Below the pieces are notes generated by a model. It worked only from the letters and a program-made list of their open reading frames with translations, ran no database searches and was not told the DNA's origin. This document shows, one piece after another, positions 29,462 to 38,160 of a stretch of 64,000 nt of DNA. The translations under genes and the position numbers were made by a program. Source of the DNA: an uncultured Gammaproteobacteria bacterium (GTDB lineage: Bacteria > Patescibacteriota > Microgenomatia > UBA12405); contig CAYUZS010000001.1 of the NCBI GenBank assembly GCA_964448705.1, forward strand, positions 114,687 to 178,686. The letters are read 5' to 3'. Within the stretch, counting starts at the first letter, position 1. Each line of letters begins with the position of its first letter.

Positions 29462-29969
29462 TGTTTATTTCTTCTACAGTAGACGAAGAGGGATCATAAG
29501 AACCTGTCAGCGTATAGACTGTCTGGTTGCGAAGATAGACTCTTTGAATAACGGAAACTGGTTTGTTACTGTTGCGATAGCTACCGGAAAGTAAGCGAAG
29601 ATTATCCTGAAGACTGTCCTGAGAATACTTTAATGAAGGTAAAGTTGATTTGGCACCGGCGATCAAAGAATTAGTATATTTTTCAAAAGTAGTGTCGGCA
29701 GGCAATTCGGATTTGGCCATCACAATTTGGGGTTTCAAACCGGAATCGACTGTTTTCTCGTACTTCAAAACAACATCGGCGGTATTGTCCACTTTTTGCC
29801 AATTGTTAGGAAGATTCTCTGCCACTTGAGTCGGTGTCGGGGTTAAAGAATCGGAAATTTTAAAAACTCCCGGCTTTTTGACAATTAAGACGACGATCAG
29901 AATAAATAAAACGATGAGAGCGGGAACAACCAGTTTTTTATTGAGTTTCATTTTGGTATTAGTTTTCAT
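29421..29969 (-). CDS. Membrane-anchored hypothetical protein (PsbP/DcrB-like)
   Basis: N-terminal TM; 'LP.NW', 'Y.LT.S' pattern. Confidence 0.55.
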   Translation of the reverse strand: MKTNTKMKLNKKLVVPALIVLFILIVVLIVKKPGVFKISDSLTPTPTQVAENLPNNWQKVDNTADVVLKYEKTVDSGLKPQIVMAKSELPADTTFEKYTNSLIAGAKSTLPSLKYSQDSLQDNLRLLSGSYRNSNKPVSVIQRVYLRNQTVYTLTGSYDPSSSTVEEINTILDSIVSQHLPN

Positions 29970-29973
29970 ATTT

Positions 29974-31461
29974 TTAATTTAATGGAACAGCTTTAACCAG
30001 AATACGATGATCAGGCTGAGTGTAGCTGCAGGTCATTAAAATAATTTCACCGGGAGTAGAAGCGGTGACAGCCGAGACATCGTCTTGAGAAACAAAATCG
30101 ATCTTGGTGACCACATATTCGGTTAACAAACCATGACGATCAACAATTATTTTTTCACCGGAGTGAAGTTTAAAAAGAGAACCGAAAACATCACCAGCGT
30201 TATGACCGTAATATAACTGAACACCATTTAAGTTTGTAGATAAAACTTCATGACTGCCGACAGTTAATTCGTCGCCAACTTTTTGCGGCAAATAAACCGG
30301 CTGATTAAGATTGATAGCGGGAATCGAAATGGTATGGTCGGCATCGAGGACATTTCCTGAAGGAAGTTTTTCCGAAGTATAGGACACTTCTGCAGTGTTA
30401 ACCAAAGAGGTAGAAGTACCTAAAACCTGACCGCCATAAGATTCTTTAATGCCTGAAACTAAAGGATTGTAATTAGTCGAGGCACCCAGAACCTGAAGCG
30501 ATCCGGCACCCTGGTTACTACAGACGACATTTGAAGGGCTACCACCGCGGCAGCCGTTTTGAGCCTGAACATAAAAACAGTATTTGCCACCTGGATTGAG
30601 GGCGGATACCACATAAGTAGTAACATCACCAACATTGGGATCACCATAGAGATAATTGCCAATAGACGGACCGTAGGCTACTACATAATTAGTGTGTGTA
30701 CCTGGGGAATGATCCCAAGTTAACCTAACCTTGCCGCCACCGAGAGCAACGACACGAAGATTTCCGGGAACTCCAGGATCGGAATTGTTACAGACCGGTG
30801 CTGAATTTGAACCGGAACTTGAATTGTCACCTGAATTATTGTTGGAAGGCTCTGAGGTAGGAACCGGAGTTTCTTCCGATGGAGTGGGAGTATTTTCTGA
30901 TGGAGTCGGTGTTTCCTCCGGAGGAGTGACGGTTACAGAAGGAGTAACAACGACGGTAGTTGTAGGAACCGGTGAGGTGGTCGGTGTCGGTTTGATACAA
31001 CGACAGTCTTCATAAGAAACTTTATCATCATACTGATAGGTGGTTTTGGAACAGTTATTGCCAATTTTGGTATAACCTGAAGGACAACCTGAAGGAGAGG
31101 TGGTCTCATCACAAGAAGCTTTCCAGCCTTTATCTCTACGCCATTCCCAACAATTTGGTTCCACATTTTTGTCGTTGCGATGACAGCGCTGATTCCAATT
31201 TCCACTATTTTGATAATGGTAGTTAGTCGGACAGAGAGGATTGGCCTCAGTTGTTATTTCTTTTCGGCATTTATTTTCATCTCCGTATTCGTCAAAACCA
31301 CGGGGACATCTTTGTTCAGTATCACACTTCCAAACTTCACCAGGTTTACAACCAAAATGAGCCTCAGTGACAACCGGTCGGGAGGAAATATATCCAAATG
31401 CAAAAGTTATAAGTGTAATGAGGGGTATCAATATGATTGAAGAACGTGATAGTTTTTTCAT
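29974..31461 (-). CDS. Multidomain sortase: Cys-rich domain + PT linker + Fn3 + C-terminal sortase domain
   Basis: C-terminal 'YGHN...VF..L..L..G..I', 'ILMTC', 'RILVKA' (His/Cys/Arg triad). Confidence 0.78.
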   Translation of the reverse strand: MKKLSRSSIILIPLITLITFAFGYISSRPVVTEAHFGCKPGEVWKCDTEQRCPRGFDEYGDENKCRKEITTEANPLCPTNYHYQNSGNWNQRCHRNDKNVEPNCWEWRRDKGWKASCDETTSPSGCPSGYTKIGNNCSKTTYQYDDKVSYEDCRCIKPTPTTSPVPTTTVVVTPSVTVTPPEETPTPSENTPTPSEETPVPTSEPSNNNSGDNSSSGSNSAPVCNNSDPGVPGNLRVVALGGGKVRLTWDHSPGTHTNYVVAYGPSIGNYLYGDPNVGDVTTYVVSALNPGGKYCFYVQAQNGCRGGSPSNVVCSNQGAGSLQVLGASTNYNPLVSGIKESYGGQVLGTSTSLVNTAEVSYTSEKLPSGNVLDADHTISIPAINLNQPVYLPQKVGDELTVGSHEVLSTNLNGVQLYYGHNAGDVFGSLFKLHSGEKIIVDRHGLLTEYVVTKIDFVSQDDVSAVTASTPGEIILMTCSYTQPDHRILVKAVPLN

Positions 31462-31560
31462 AATGTAAGGTATTATACCATCATGTGTAAAAAACAATAC
31501 AGGCTTATAGTAATTTAAATAACAATAAATATATACGGATTTTTAGGTTATAATCAGCTT

Positions 31561-32310
31561 ATGAACAAAAATACGTCCTGGGAAAAGGTAGGTGAGTGGT
31601 ATAAAAAGACAGTCGGAGAAAAGGGAAGTTATTATCACCAAAATGTAATTCTGCCGAACATAATCCGGCTTTTGAATTTAAACAAAAATTCTAAACTCCT
31701 GGACCTGGGCTGCGGACAAGGAGTTTTGGCGAGAACTATTCCCCCGGAAACGGAGTATTTAGGGATAGATTTATCCACCAGTTTAATAGAAGAGGCCAGA
31801 AAACTGGATCATAATCCTAAACATGCTTATGCCGTGGCCGATATCAGCAAAGAACTGCCAATTAGATCTTCAGGATTTACCGAAGCGGCAATAATATTGG
31901 CTTTACAAAATATAAAACATCCGTTCGGGGTGTTTAAGAATTTAAGTAAACATCTGGTTAAAAACGGTAGAGCAGTGATCGTTTTAAATCATCCGAGTTT
32001 CCGGATTCCAAAACACAGTGATTGGTTGTTAAAAAATAACCAACAATACCGAATAATGGACAATTATATGAGTAAACTGGAAATCCCGATTGACTCCAGT
32101 CCTTTTGATAAAAAAGATAATCAAACTACGTGGTCCTTTCATTACCCTTTATCTGTTTACAGCGAAATGCTGGCAGATAACGGAATGGCCATTGAAAGAA
32201 TAGAAGAATGGGTATCGGACAAAAAATCGACTGGAGGAATGGCAAAAATAGAAGATCGAGCCAGAAAAGAATTCCCGATGTTTATGACAATAGTTGCTTT
32301 CCGAAAGTAA
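31561..32310 (+). CDS. Class I SAM-dependent methyltransferase
   Basis: LLDLGCGQG; NHPSFRIP. Confidence 0.88.
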   Translation: MNKNTSWEKVGEWYKKTVGEKGSYYHQNVILPNIIRLLNLNKNSKLLDLGCGQGVLARTIPPETEYLGIDLSTSLIEEARKLDHNPKHAYAVADISKELPIRSSGFTEAAIILALQNIKHPFGVFKNLSKHLVKNGRAVIVLNHPSFRIPKHSDWLLKNNQQYRIMDNYMSKLEIPIDSSPFDKKDNQTTWSFHYPLSVYSEMLADNGMAIERIEEWVSDKKSTGGMAKIEDRARKEFPMFMTIVAFRK

Positions 32311-32899
32311 CACAAAGCTGATCCAAATCTACCAAACTAAAACCGGGCTGTTGAAGGGCTTCGGCGATGGTGGAATTAACAGCCGGGGGCTGACTGCAGC
32401 TGACATGTTTGGCAAAAACTTTAGGGTTTACCGTATTAATCAAAGATATAGGATCTAAGGCAACACTAAGAGAACCCTGGGGAGTAGATTTGGTTTTAGA
32501 ACCGATGGGAGTAGTCGGACTGGTTTGGCCGGTAGTTAGACTATAAAGATGATTGTTGGCCACAAGGACAGTGATATTTACATTTAATCTGGCAGCCGAT
32601 AAAAGGTGGTTTAAACCTTCTCCATAAATTCCCCCATCGCCGCCGACAGCAATGACAGTTAATTTGGGATTAGCTAACTTAACACCGATAGCAGTGGGAA
32701 TACAGCGACCGTGAAGGGAGTGAATACCATAAAGGGTAAAAAAATCAGCCATATTGCCAATACAGCCAATATCGTAAACCATAACGACATTTTCTTTCGG
32801 AAGATTAAGAGCGGTTATTGCCTGCTGAATGCCGGCAAAAATAATATAATCATGACAGCCGGGACACCAAGTTGGGGTTACGGTTGAACGAAGATTCAT
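32282..32899 (-). CDS. 2-oxoacid:ferredoxin oxidoreductase beta subunit
   Basis: PTWCPGC, IGC, HGR, GGDGG TPP-binding motif, TTGQTSPTT. Confidence 0.92.
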   Translation of the reverse strand: MNLRSTVTPTWCPGCHDYIIFAGIQQAITALNLPKENVVMVYDIGCIGNMADFFTLYGIHSLHGRCIPTAIGVKLANPKLTVIAVGGDGGIYGEGLNHLLSAARLNVNITVLVANNHLYSLTTGQTSPTTPIGSKTKSTPQGSLSVALDPISLINTVNPKVFAKHVSCSQPPAVNSTIAEALQQPGFSLVDLDQLCVTFGKQLLS

Positions 32900-34494
32900 A
32901 GATTTTTTAAAGTTTTAACTATTTCCTCCGGAAAGAACGGACGTCCGTCATATTTGGAAACAATTTTGGTGGGATTAAAATCGAATTGAGACTTTAATAA
33001 AGTTACCAATTGATTAGTGGAATTATTCTCGATCACAATCACCTGTTGATACGGTTTAATTAAAAGCGACAAGTCCGGATTAATGGGCCATAGACTTTTT
33101 AACTGTAAAAAGGCAAAAGAATCATCGTTTGACATTCTTAAAGCTTCTAAAATCGGAGATTTAGTTGAACCCCAGGATACAATTAATTTAGTAGCTTTTG
33201 AAGAGCCAAAAAAAGTTGGTTTGGGGAGAGATTTTTTAATTGCCAATTGTTGTTTAAGCCGAAGTTCAACTGATTTTTTAATAGTATCGGCATCTTCAGT
33301 AGAAAAACCCTGTGAGTCGTGTTCGTAACTGTTGGCCAAATACTCTTTCCCTGGCATACCGGGAAGAGGAAGGTTTGAAGAAACTTTTTTTACTTTCTGA
33401 GCGGATAAAGAAGATAAAGAAGCGGCAGATTCGGCAATAAATTTGTCGCTGACCACAATAACCGGAACATGGAACTTGGCCGCTAAATTTAAAGCCTCGG
33501 AAGCTACTTCAAATGATTCCTGTTGATCTCCGGGTGCCAGAACAATTTTGTTAAATTCGCCATGACCGGAATGAATAGCAAAAAGCAAATCGCCCTGGCT
33601 GGTCCAAGTGGGGAGACCTGTGGCCGGACCGGGACGGGAAACTAAATAGAAAACGACTCCGAGATTTGCTACTCCGCAAAAACTGACTGTTTCAACCATC
33701 AGGGCAAAACCACCACCACTGGTTCCGGTGGCACTTCTGGCACCGGCAAAAGCAGCCCCGGCCACCAGAGAAGCAGCGGCAATTTCATCCTCCGGGTGAA
33801 CAACGGTCAAAGTTGATGACTGCCGGGGGGCTAAAAAATGAAGAACACCGCTGGCCGGAGTCATAGGATAGGCAGCATAAAAATTTCCACCACCTTTAAT
33901 AAATCCCCAGCCAAAGGCTTCATTGCCGTCATAAATTTCATATTTAGGAGATTCAGGTTGGCTGATAACAGTTGGCTTAGTATGTAAACGAAGATGAGGG
34001 AATCTTTTTTGTGAATATTGATAACCGAGATTAAAAGCTTCCAGATTGAAATTATCTTTGCCGTAAAATCGGCCAATTTCCGTCTGACAAACCTTAACAT
34101 CGAGATTAAGTAAATAAGCAGCGACACCAAGACAAATAGTGTTGGTAGAAATTGCCGAACCAATTTGAGCCGAGAGTTCTTTTAAAGGAAGAGTATCTTT
34201 GGCATCGTCGCCAAAAACTAAACTTTTAGTGGTGAACTCTGATTGATGATTCTGCCAATGACCGGAAACAAGGGAAAAGAACATATCCACCTGATAATGA
34301 GGAGCAAATATTTCTGATGAAGAAAAAGTTAACTGATAGGTGTTATGACCGCCGCGGACTAAAGAGGGATATTCCGAATAATCTTTTATATTGTAACCAT
34401 GTTTTAATAAAATATTTGACAACAACAAACCGCTGCTTTTGATTCCGGCTCCAGCCGGGCCGGCAATTTTCACAGTGTAAACAAAAGGAGACAT
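32896..34494 (-). CDS. 2-oxoacid:ferredoxin oxidoreductase alpha(/gamma) subunit
   Basis: EYPSLVRGGHN, YPMTPAS, EDEIAA, TSGGGFALM, RPGPATGLPT; start ATG 34494. Confidence 0.93.
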   Translation of the reverse strand: MSPFVYTVKIAGPAGAGIKSSGLLLSNILLKHGYNIKDYSEYPSLVRGGHNTYQLTFSSSEIFAPHYQVDMFFSLVSGHWQNHQSEFTTKSLVFGDDAKDTLPLKELSAQIGSAISTNTICLGVAAYLLNLDVKVCQTEIGRFYGKDNFNLEAFNLGYQYSQKRFPHLRLHTKPTVISQPESPKYEIYDGNEAFGWGFIKGGGNFYAAYPMTPASGVLHFLAPRQSSTLTVVHPEDEIAAASLVAGAAFAGARSATGTSGGGFALMVETVSFCGVANLGVVFYLVSRPGPATGLPTWTSQGDLLFAIHSGHGEFNKIVLAPGDQQESFEVASEALNLAAKFHVPVIVVSDKFIAESAASLSSLSAQKVKKVSSNLPLPGMPGKEYLANSYEHDSQGFSTEDADTIKKSVELRLKQQLAIKKSLPKPTFFGSSKATKLIVSWGSTKSPILEALRMSNDDSFAFLQLKSLWPINPDLSLLIKPYQQVIVIENNSTNQLVTLLKSQFDFNPTKIVSKYDGRPFFPEEIVKTLKNL

Positions 34495-34559
34495 TATTGA
34501 TTCTAACATCGATTATTAACCATATTGACAAGAGAATTTTATAGGTGTTAACTAATCGA

Positions 34560-34820
34560 ATGTTTAGATCTCAATGTCAGAAATGTTTGGAGGTAGTTTC
34601 GGACCCCACAAGATATAAAATTTATTTGTACTTACAAGAACATAAAACAGGAGTAAATGTGAATTCCTTGGTAAAGCTAACAAATTTGCGTCAGCCGACA
34701 GTTACTTTTCATCTAAATTCAATGGAAGATCAGGAGTTAATATCAAAGACAAGATACGGCAAGACAGTGATCTGCAAAGTGAAGCAAAACTGCAGAAATT
34801 GTCCTTTATTTTCCAAGTAA
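34560..34820 (+). CDS. ArsR/SmtB-family transcriptional regulator with terminal CxxC pairs
   Basis: SDPTRYKI...L..LRQPTVTFHL..M....LI...R.GK; CQKC and CRNC. Confidence 0.85.
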   Translation: MFRSQCQKCLEVVSDPTRYKIYLYLQEHKTGVNVNSLVKLTNLRQPTVTFHLNSMEDQELISKTRYGKTVICKVKQNCRNCPLFSK

Positions 34821-34827
34821 TTTTTGT

Positions 34828-34878
34828 TTGACAGATTGGTGGGAGTTGTTACAATTTATTATATAGATATTTATCTAT
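34828..34878 (+). promoter_or_regulatory. Sigma70 promoter followed by palindromic operator
   Basis: TTGACA(34828)-16-TACAAT with extended TG; ATAGATA-TT-TATCTAT at 34863-34878. Confidence 0.65.
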
Positions 34879-34989
34879 TTACTATCGACCATTATCTCTG
34901 ACGTTATAGGTTTTTATAAAGGAGGAGAAAAAAGAAAAAAAGTTGACTGAGTTTCCTGTATTTTTATTAGTTTTTATTTTTACGAAATT

Positions 34990-35457
34990 ATGAAATATCT
35001 ATCCTCACTTCTAACCGGCGGTGCACTGCTATTGGCAACAGTGGCTCCGTCTTTTGCTTTCTGGATGCCCCCGATGCCAACCAAACCCACCGGAGCGACA
35101 GTTAAGAACAATGCCGTCATTTATTCCTCGGCGAATTCAGGAGCAAATACCGGATTTAACGTTGTTAATGCCGGTTCGGGCTTTAACACGATATTGACCG
35201 GACAAGCCGGAGCTACATCCGCCTCACTGGTTAATGGAGTTAACTATGTTGATGTCGGCAGCGTTAAAACCGTTACCAACAATGCTGTTGTGAACAGCAC
35301 CTCCGGAGCTTTAAGCAACACCGGAAACAATGTGGTCAACAGTATCTCGATGCCAACAATGTGGTTTCATACCACACCTTCAGTAAACACTATTTCTACC
35401 GGAATAGCGGGTGCTGAAAGTTATTCGACGGTAACTAACGTCAATTCAACTCTTTAA
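34990..35457 (+). CDS. Secreted Asn/Gly/Thr/Ser-rich two-repeat protein
   Basis: Signal peptide ending PSFA; two repeats 'V.NNAV....SGA..NTG.NVVN...NTI.TG.AGA.S.S.V..VN'. Confidence 0.75.
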   Translation: MKYLSSLLTGGALLLATVAPSFAFWMPPMPTKPTGATVKNNAVIYSSANSGANTGFNVVNAGSGFNTILTGQAGATSASLVNGVNYVDVGSVKTVTNNAVVNSTSGALSNTGNNVVNSISMPTMWFHTTPSVNTISTGIAGAESYSTVTNVNSTL

Positions 35458-35477
35458 AAAGCTGAAGTACACCTCAA

Positions 35478-35510
35478 CTCCTCTTCCGGATTTATCACCC
35501 GGAAGAGGAG
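35478..35510 (+). promoter_or_regulatory. 12-bp intercistronic hairpin covering downstream SD
   Basis: CTCCTCTTCCGG-9nt-CCGGAAGAGGAG; GAGGAG lies 9 nt before ATG 35520; no U tract. Confidence 0.7.
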
Positions 35511-35519
35511 AAGACACTT

Positions 35520-37934
35520 ATGAAAAAAATATCCAGAATACTAATGATTACCGCCTTGATTGTTCATCAATTCGGGTGGCCATTAGCAGTTTGGTCACAA
35601 AATATTGAAAATACACCGACACCAACCGTAACCGCTGCTCCAACAATTGTCGAAACAAACGATGAAACAACAACTCCGACACCAACCCCAACAGAAACAG
35701 AAACAACCGCAACCTCGACACCAACATCGATAATATCCGAAACTCCAACACCAACTCCAACCATAAATCCGGATGAAATCATTGGGATAGAATTACAGGC
35801 GCCAACACCAGAACCGGAGGCAACTATAATCGTCGTGGTAAGCAACGAGGCCACAGTCGGGCAGCAAAGTGATACCAGTGCCGACAGTGGGAACAATACG
35901 ATTGCGATAACCCCAACCGGAGCACCGGTTGTAAATAATCCGACAGAATCGACGATTATCACTGATAAAGCAATTGCTCTGGCTAATATTGTGAATGCTG
36001 TCAATACCAATAGTTTTAATTCCAACGTAAAAATTTATTTATTAAATAATTTAAGCGGAGCAATCGGCCAGGTCGACCTGAATACGGCCTGGAATCTTTT
36101 AAACAGCAATGGGAACCAGATGAATGTCTTAACAGTGGATACCACCGGACAAAATAATCAAATATTAATCGATAATTTAGGAATTATTCAAAATGAAGTT
36201 GAGGTGCAGGCCAACAGCGGAAACAACCAAATAAACGGTGGAGATCAGGGAGTAATTTTTACCGGTAACGCCTATGCATTGGCAAATATTTTAAATATTC
36301 TTAATGTTAATGTTTATAATTCCAGTCTGTTTGCGGGAATAATCAATGTTGACGGCAGTACTTTAGGAGACATCGTTTTGCCAAATCCGGAATGGTTTTT
36401 AAACCAGAGAGAAACATCATTAAATATCAACGGCACAATCGATAACGAAGCTTTAATAAACAGCCAAGTTTCAACAGAAACCGATAGTGGAAATAACGGG
36501 ATAGAAACTGACGGCAGCGGATTGATTATAACCGGAAATTCCCAATCTTCGACTAATGTTTTGACCATGGCAAACATGAACACGACAAATAATAATCAAT
36601 TATTGGTGGGACTGAATGTGCTGGGAAATTGGAGCGGAAATATTTATAATTTTTACGGATTAGGCACAGCGGTTAACGGAAGCAGCAACAATTGGTTTCT
36701 AATTAACGACCATAACGAGGATACGATAGATGAGGAAATTAATACCAGTGTTAATAATGCGGCGGCAATTTCGAATTTGGTTTTAGCTAGGGCAATGAGC
36801 GGTCAAAACCAAATAACAGCCGGTAACGGTGGAGTTATCCAAACAGGAAATGACTGGGCCCTGGCCAATGTCACTAATCTAGCCAACTTGAATATTTTTG
36901 ACAGTAATTGGTTTTATATGACGATCAATGTCATCGGAGACTGGGGAGGAAATGTGATTTTTGCCTACCCTGATTTGACATTATCACTTAACTTGACGAA
37001 CGAGGAATTGAGAGTCGATCAGGAAACTGAATTGTTAGTTAATTATGCAAATGTCGGCTATGACGACACCAATGATAAAAACCAGATCGAGATAGAATTA
37101 CCCGGTAATCTTCAGTTTTTGAATGATAACAGCGGACTCCCCTTATCAAGGCAAGGCAACCGACTGATATGGCAAGTTAATAATATGCCGGCTAAAAGCA
37201 GTCGGAGTTTCTATATAAAAGTTAAATTGAATTCAGAAACTGCGTGGAAATTAGTGAAGACGGCAATGGCGGCAGAAGCGACAGCCAGAAGTGAAGTGGT
37301 GGTTAACGGAGAAATATCAACGACTAAAACGGAAGTAAGTACTGATAATAATAGTGCCTATGCTGTGGCTTATGTAAATGTTAATGGAAACGAGACTACT
37401 AACGAACTACTGCCAAAATTGATGATTTCGGAAAAAAATAATGTTAACAACTGGGTTTATAAAAATGATGTGATTTCTTTTGAAATCAATGCCAAAAATG
37501 AAGGAGAAGCGACGGCTTACAACACTTTTTTAATTCAAAAAATATTTGATATCAACGGGAAATTATTAACATCGAACAAAATTAAACTGGGAAATGTGGT
37601 GGTGGGTAAATCGGGAAAAGTTACATTCGGTCTGCCGATTAATTTTAATCTCAATGGTCAGCAAAGATTATTTTCCCAAACAGAAATGACCGGATACAGC
37701 GAACAAGGCCAGGAAATTATTTCCAATATTTCCGAATCTACATTTACGGTTAAGTTTTCAGAAATAAAAAGTCAGGAAGAAAATAAACTCGAAATCCAAG
37801 CAACAGAGACTTCAGGTGAAGTTCTGGGTGATAAAACAGAAACCAAAAAGGTAACCTGGCCCTACTTAATGATGTTTGTTACTTCCTCCGGCTGGATTAT
37901 CAGACAAACAAATCGATGGCGTATAAAAAAATAG
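35520..37934 (+). CDS. Large secreted Asn-rich repeat protein with DUF11-like domains and C-terminal TM
   Basis: Signal peptide, PT linker, four 'SG.N.I...I.TG.A.A.AN..N..N.N' repeats, 'PDLTLS...Y.N.G....I..LP..L.F' DUF11-like pattern. Confidence 0.75.
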   Translation: MKKISRILMITALIVHQFGWPLAVWSQNIENTPTPTVTAAPTIVETNDETTTPTPTPTETETTATSTPTSIISETPTPTPTINPDEIIGIELQAPTPEPEATIIVVVSNEATVGQQSDTSADSGNNTIAITPTGAPVVNNPTESTIITDKAIALANIVNAVNTNSFNSNVKIYLLNNLSGAIGQVDLNTAWNLLNSNGNQMNVLTVDTTGQNNQILIDNLGIIQNEVEVQANSGNNQINGGDQGVIFTGNAYALANILNILNVNVYNSSLFAGIINVDGSTLGDIVLPNPEWFLNQRETSLNINGTIDNEALINSQVSTETDSGNNGIETDGSGLIITGNSQSSTNVLTMANMNTTNNNQLLVGLNVLGNWSGNIYNFYGLGTAVNGSSNNWFLINDHNEDTIDEEINTSVNNAAAISNLVLARAMSGQNQITAGNGGVIQTGNDWALANVTNLANLNIFDSNWFYMTINVIGDWGGNVIFAYPDLTLSLNLTNEELRVDQETELLVNYANVGYDDTNDKNQIEIELPGNLQFLNDNSGLPLSRQGNRLIWQVNNMPAKSSRSFYIKVKLNSETAWKLVKTAMAAEATARSEVVVNGEISTTKTEVSTDNNSAYAVAYVNVNGNETTNELLPKLMISEKNNVNNWVYKNDVISFEINAKNEGEATAYNTFLIQKIFDINGKLLTSNKIKLGNVVVGKSGKVTFGLPINFNLNGQQRLFSQTEMTGYSEQGQEIISNISESTFTVKFSEIKSQEENKLEIQATETSGEVLGDKTETKKVTWPYLMMFVTSSGWIIRQTNRWRIKK

Positions 37935-38005
37935 CGGAGATAATAGGGTTTATAGCAGCACTAATGATTTTCTTATACAGCGGTTGGTTTCTGTTCAGAC
38001 AATAA
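37916..38005 (+). CDS. 29-aa hydrophobic ORF in the -1 frame overlapping the end of the previous gene
   Basis: MAYKKIAEIIGFIAALMIFLYSGWFLFRQ; overlap contains A_AAA_AAA. Confidence 0.45.
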   Translation: MAYKKIAEIIGFIAALMIFLYSGWFLFRQ

Positions 38006-38160
38006 GAAAATTAATCGGAATTTAGATAAAAACAACTACAGATTGCTTTTATCCTATAGTGTGATAAACTACCATCTGGTTTGCCCGATATAACGAAAGT
38101 CGAATTTAATAATCTTTTGGGCAATAATCCCGATTAATCGGGATCGCCTAAAAAATTATT

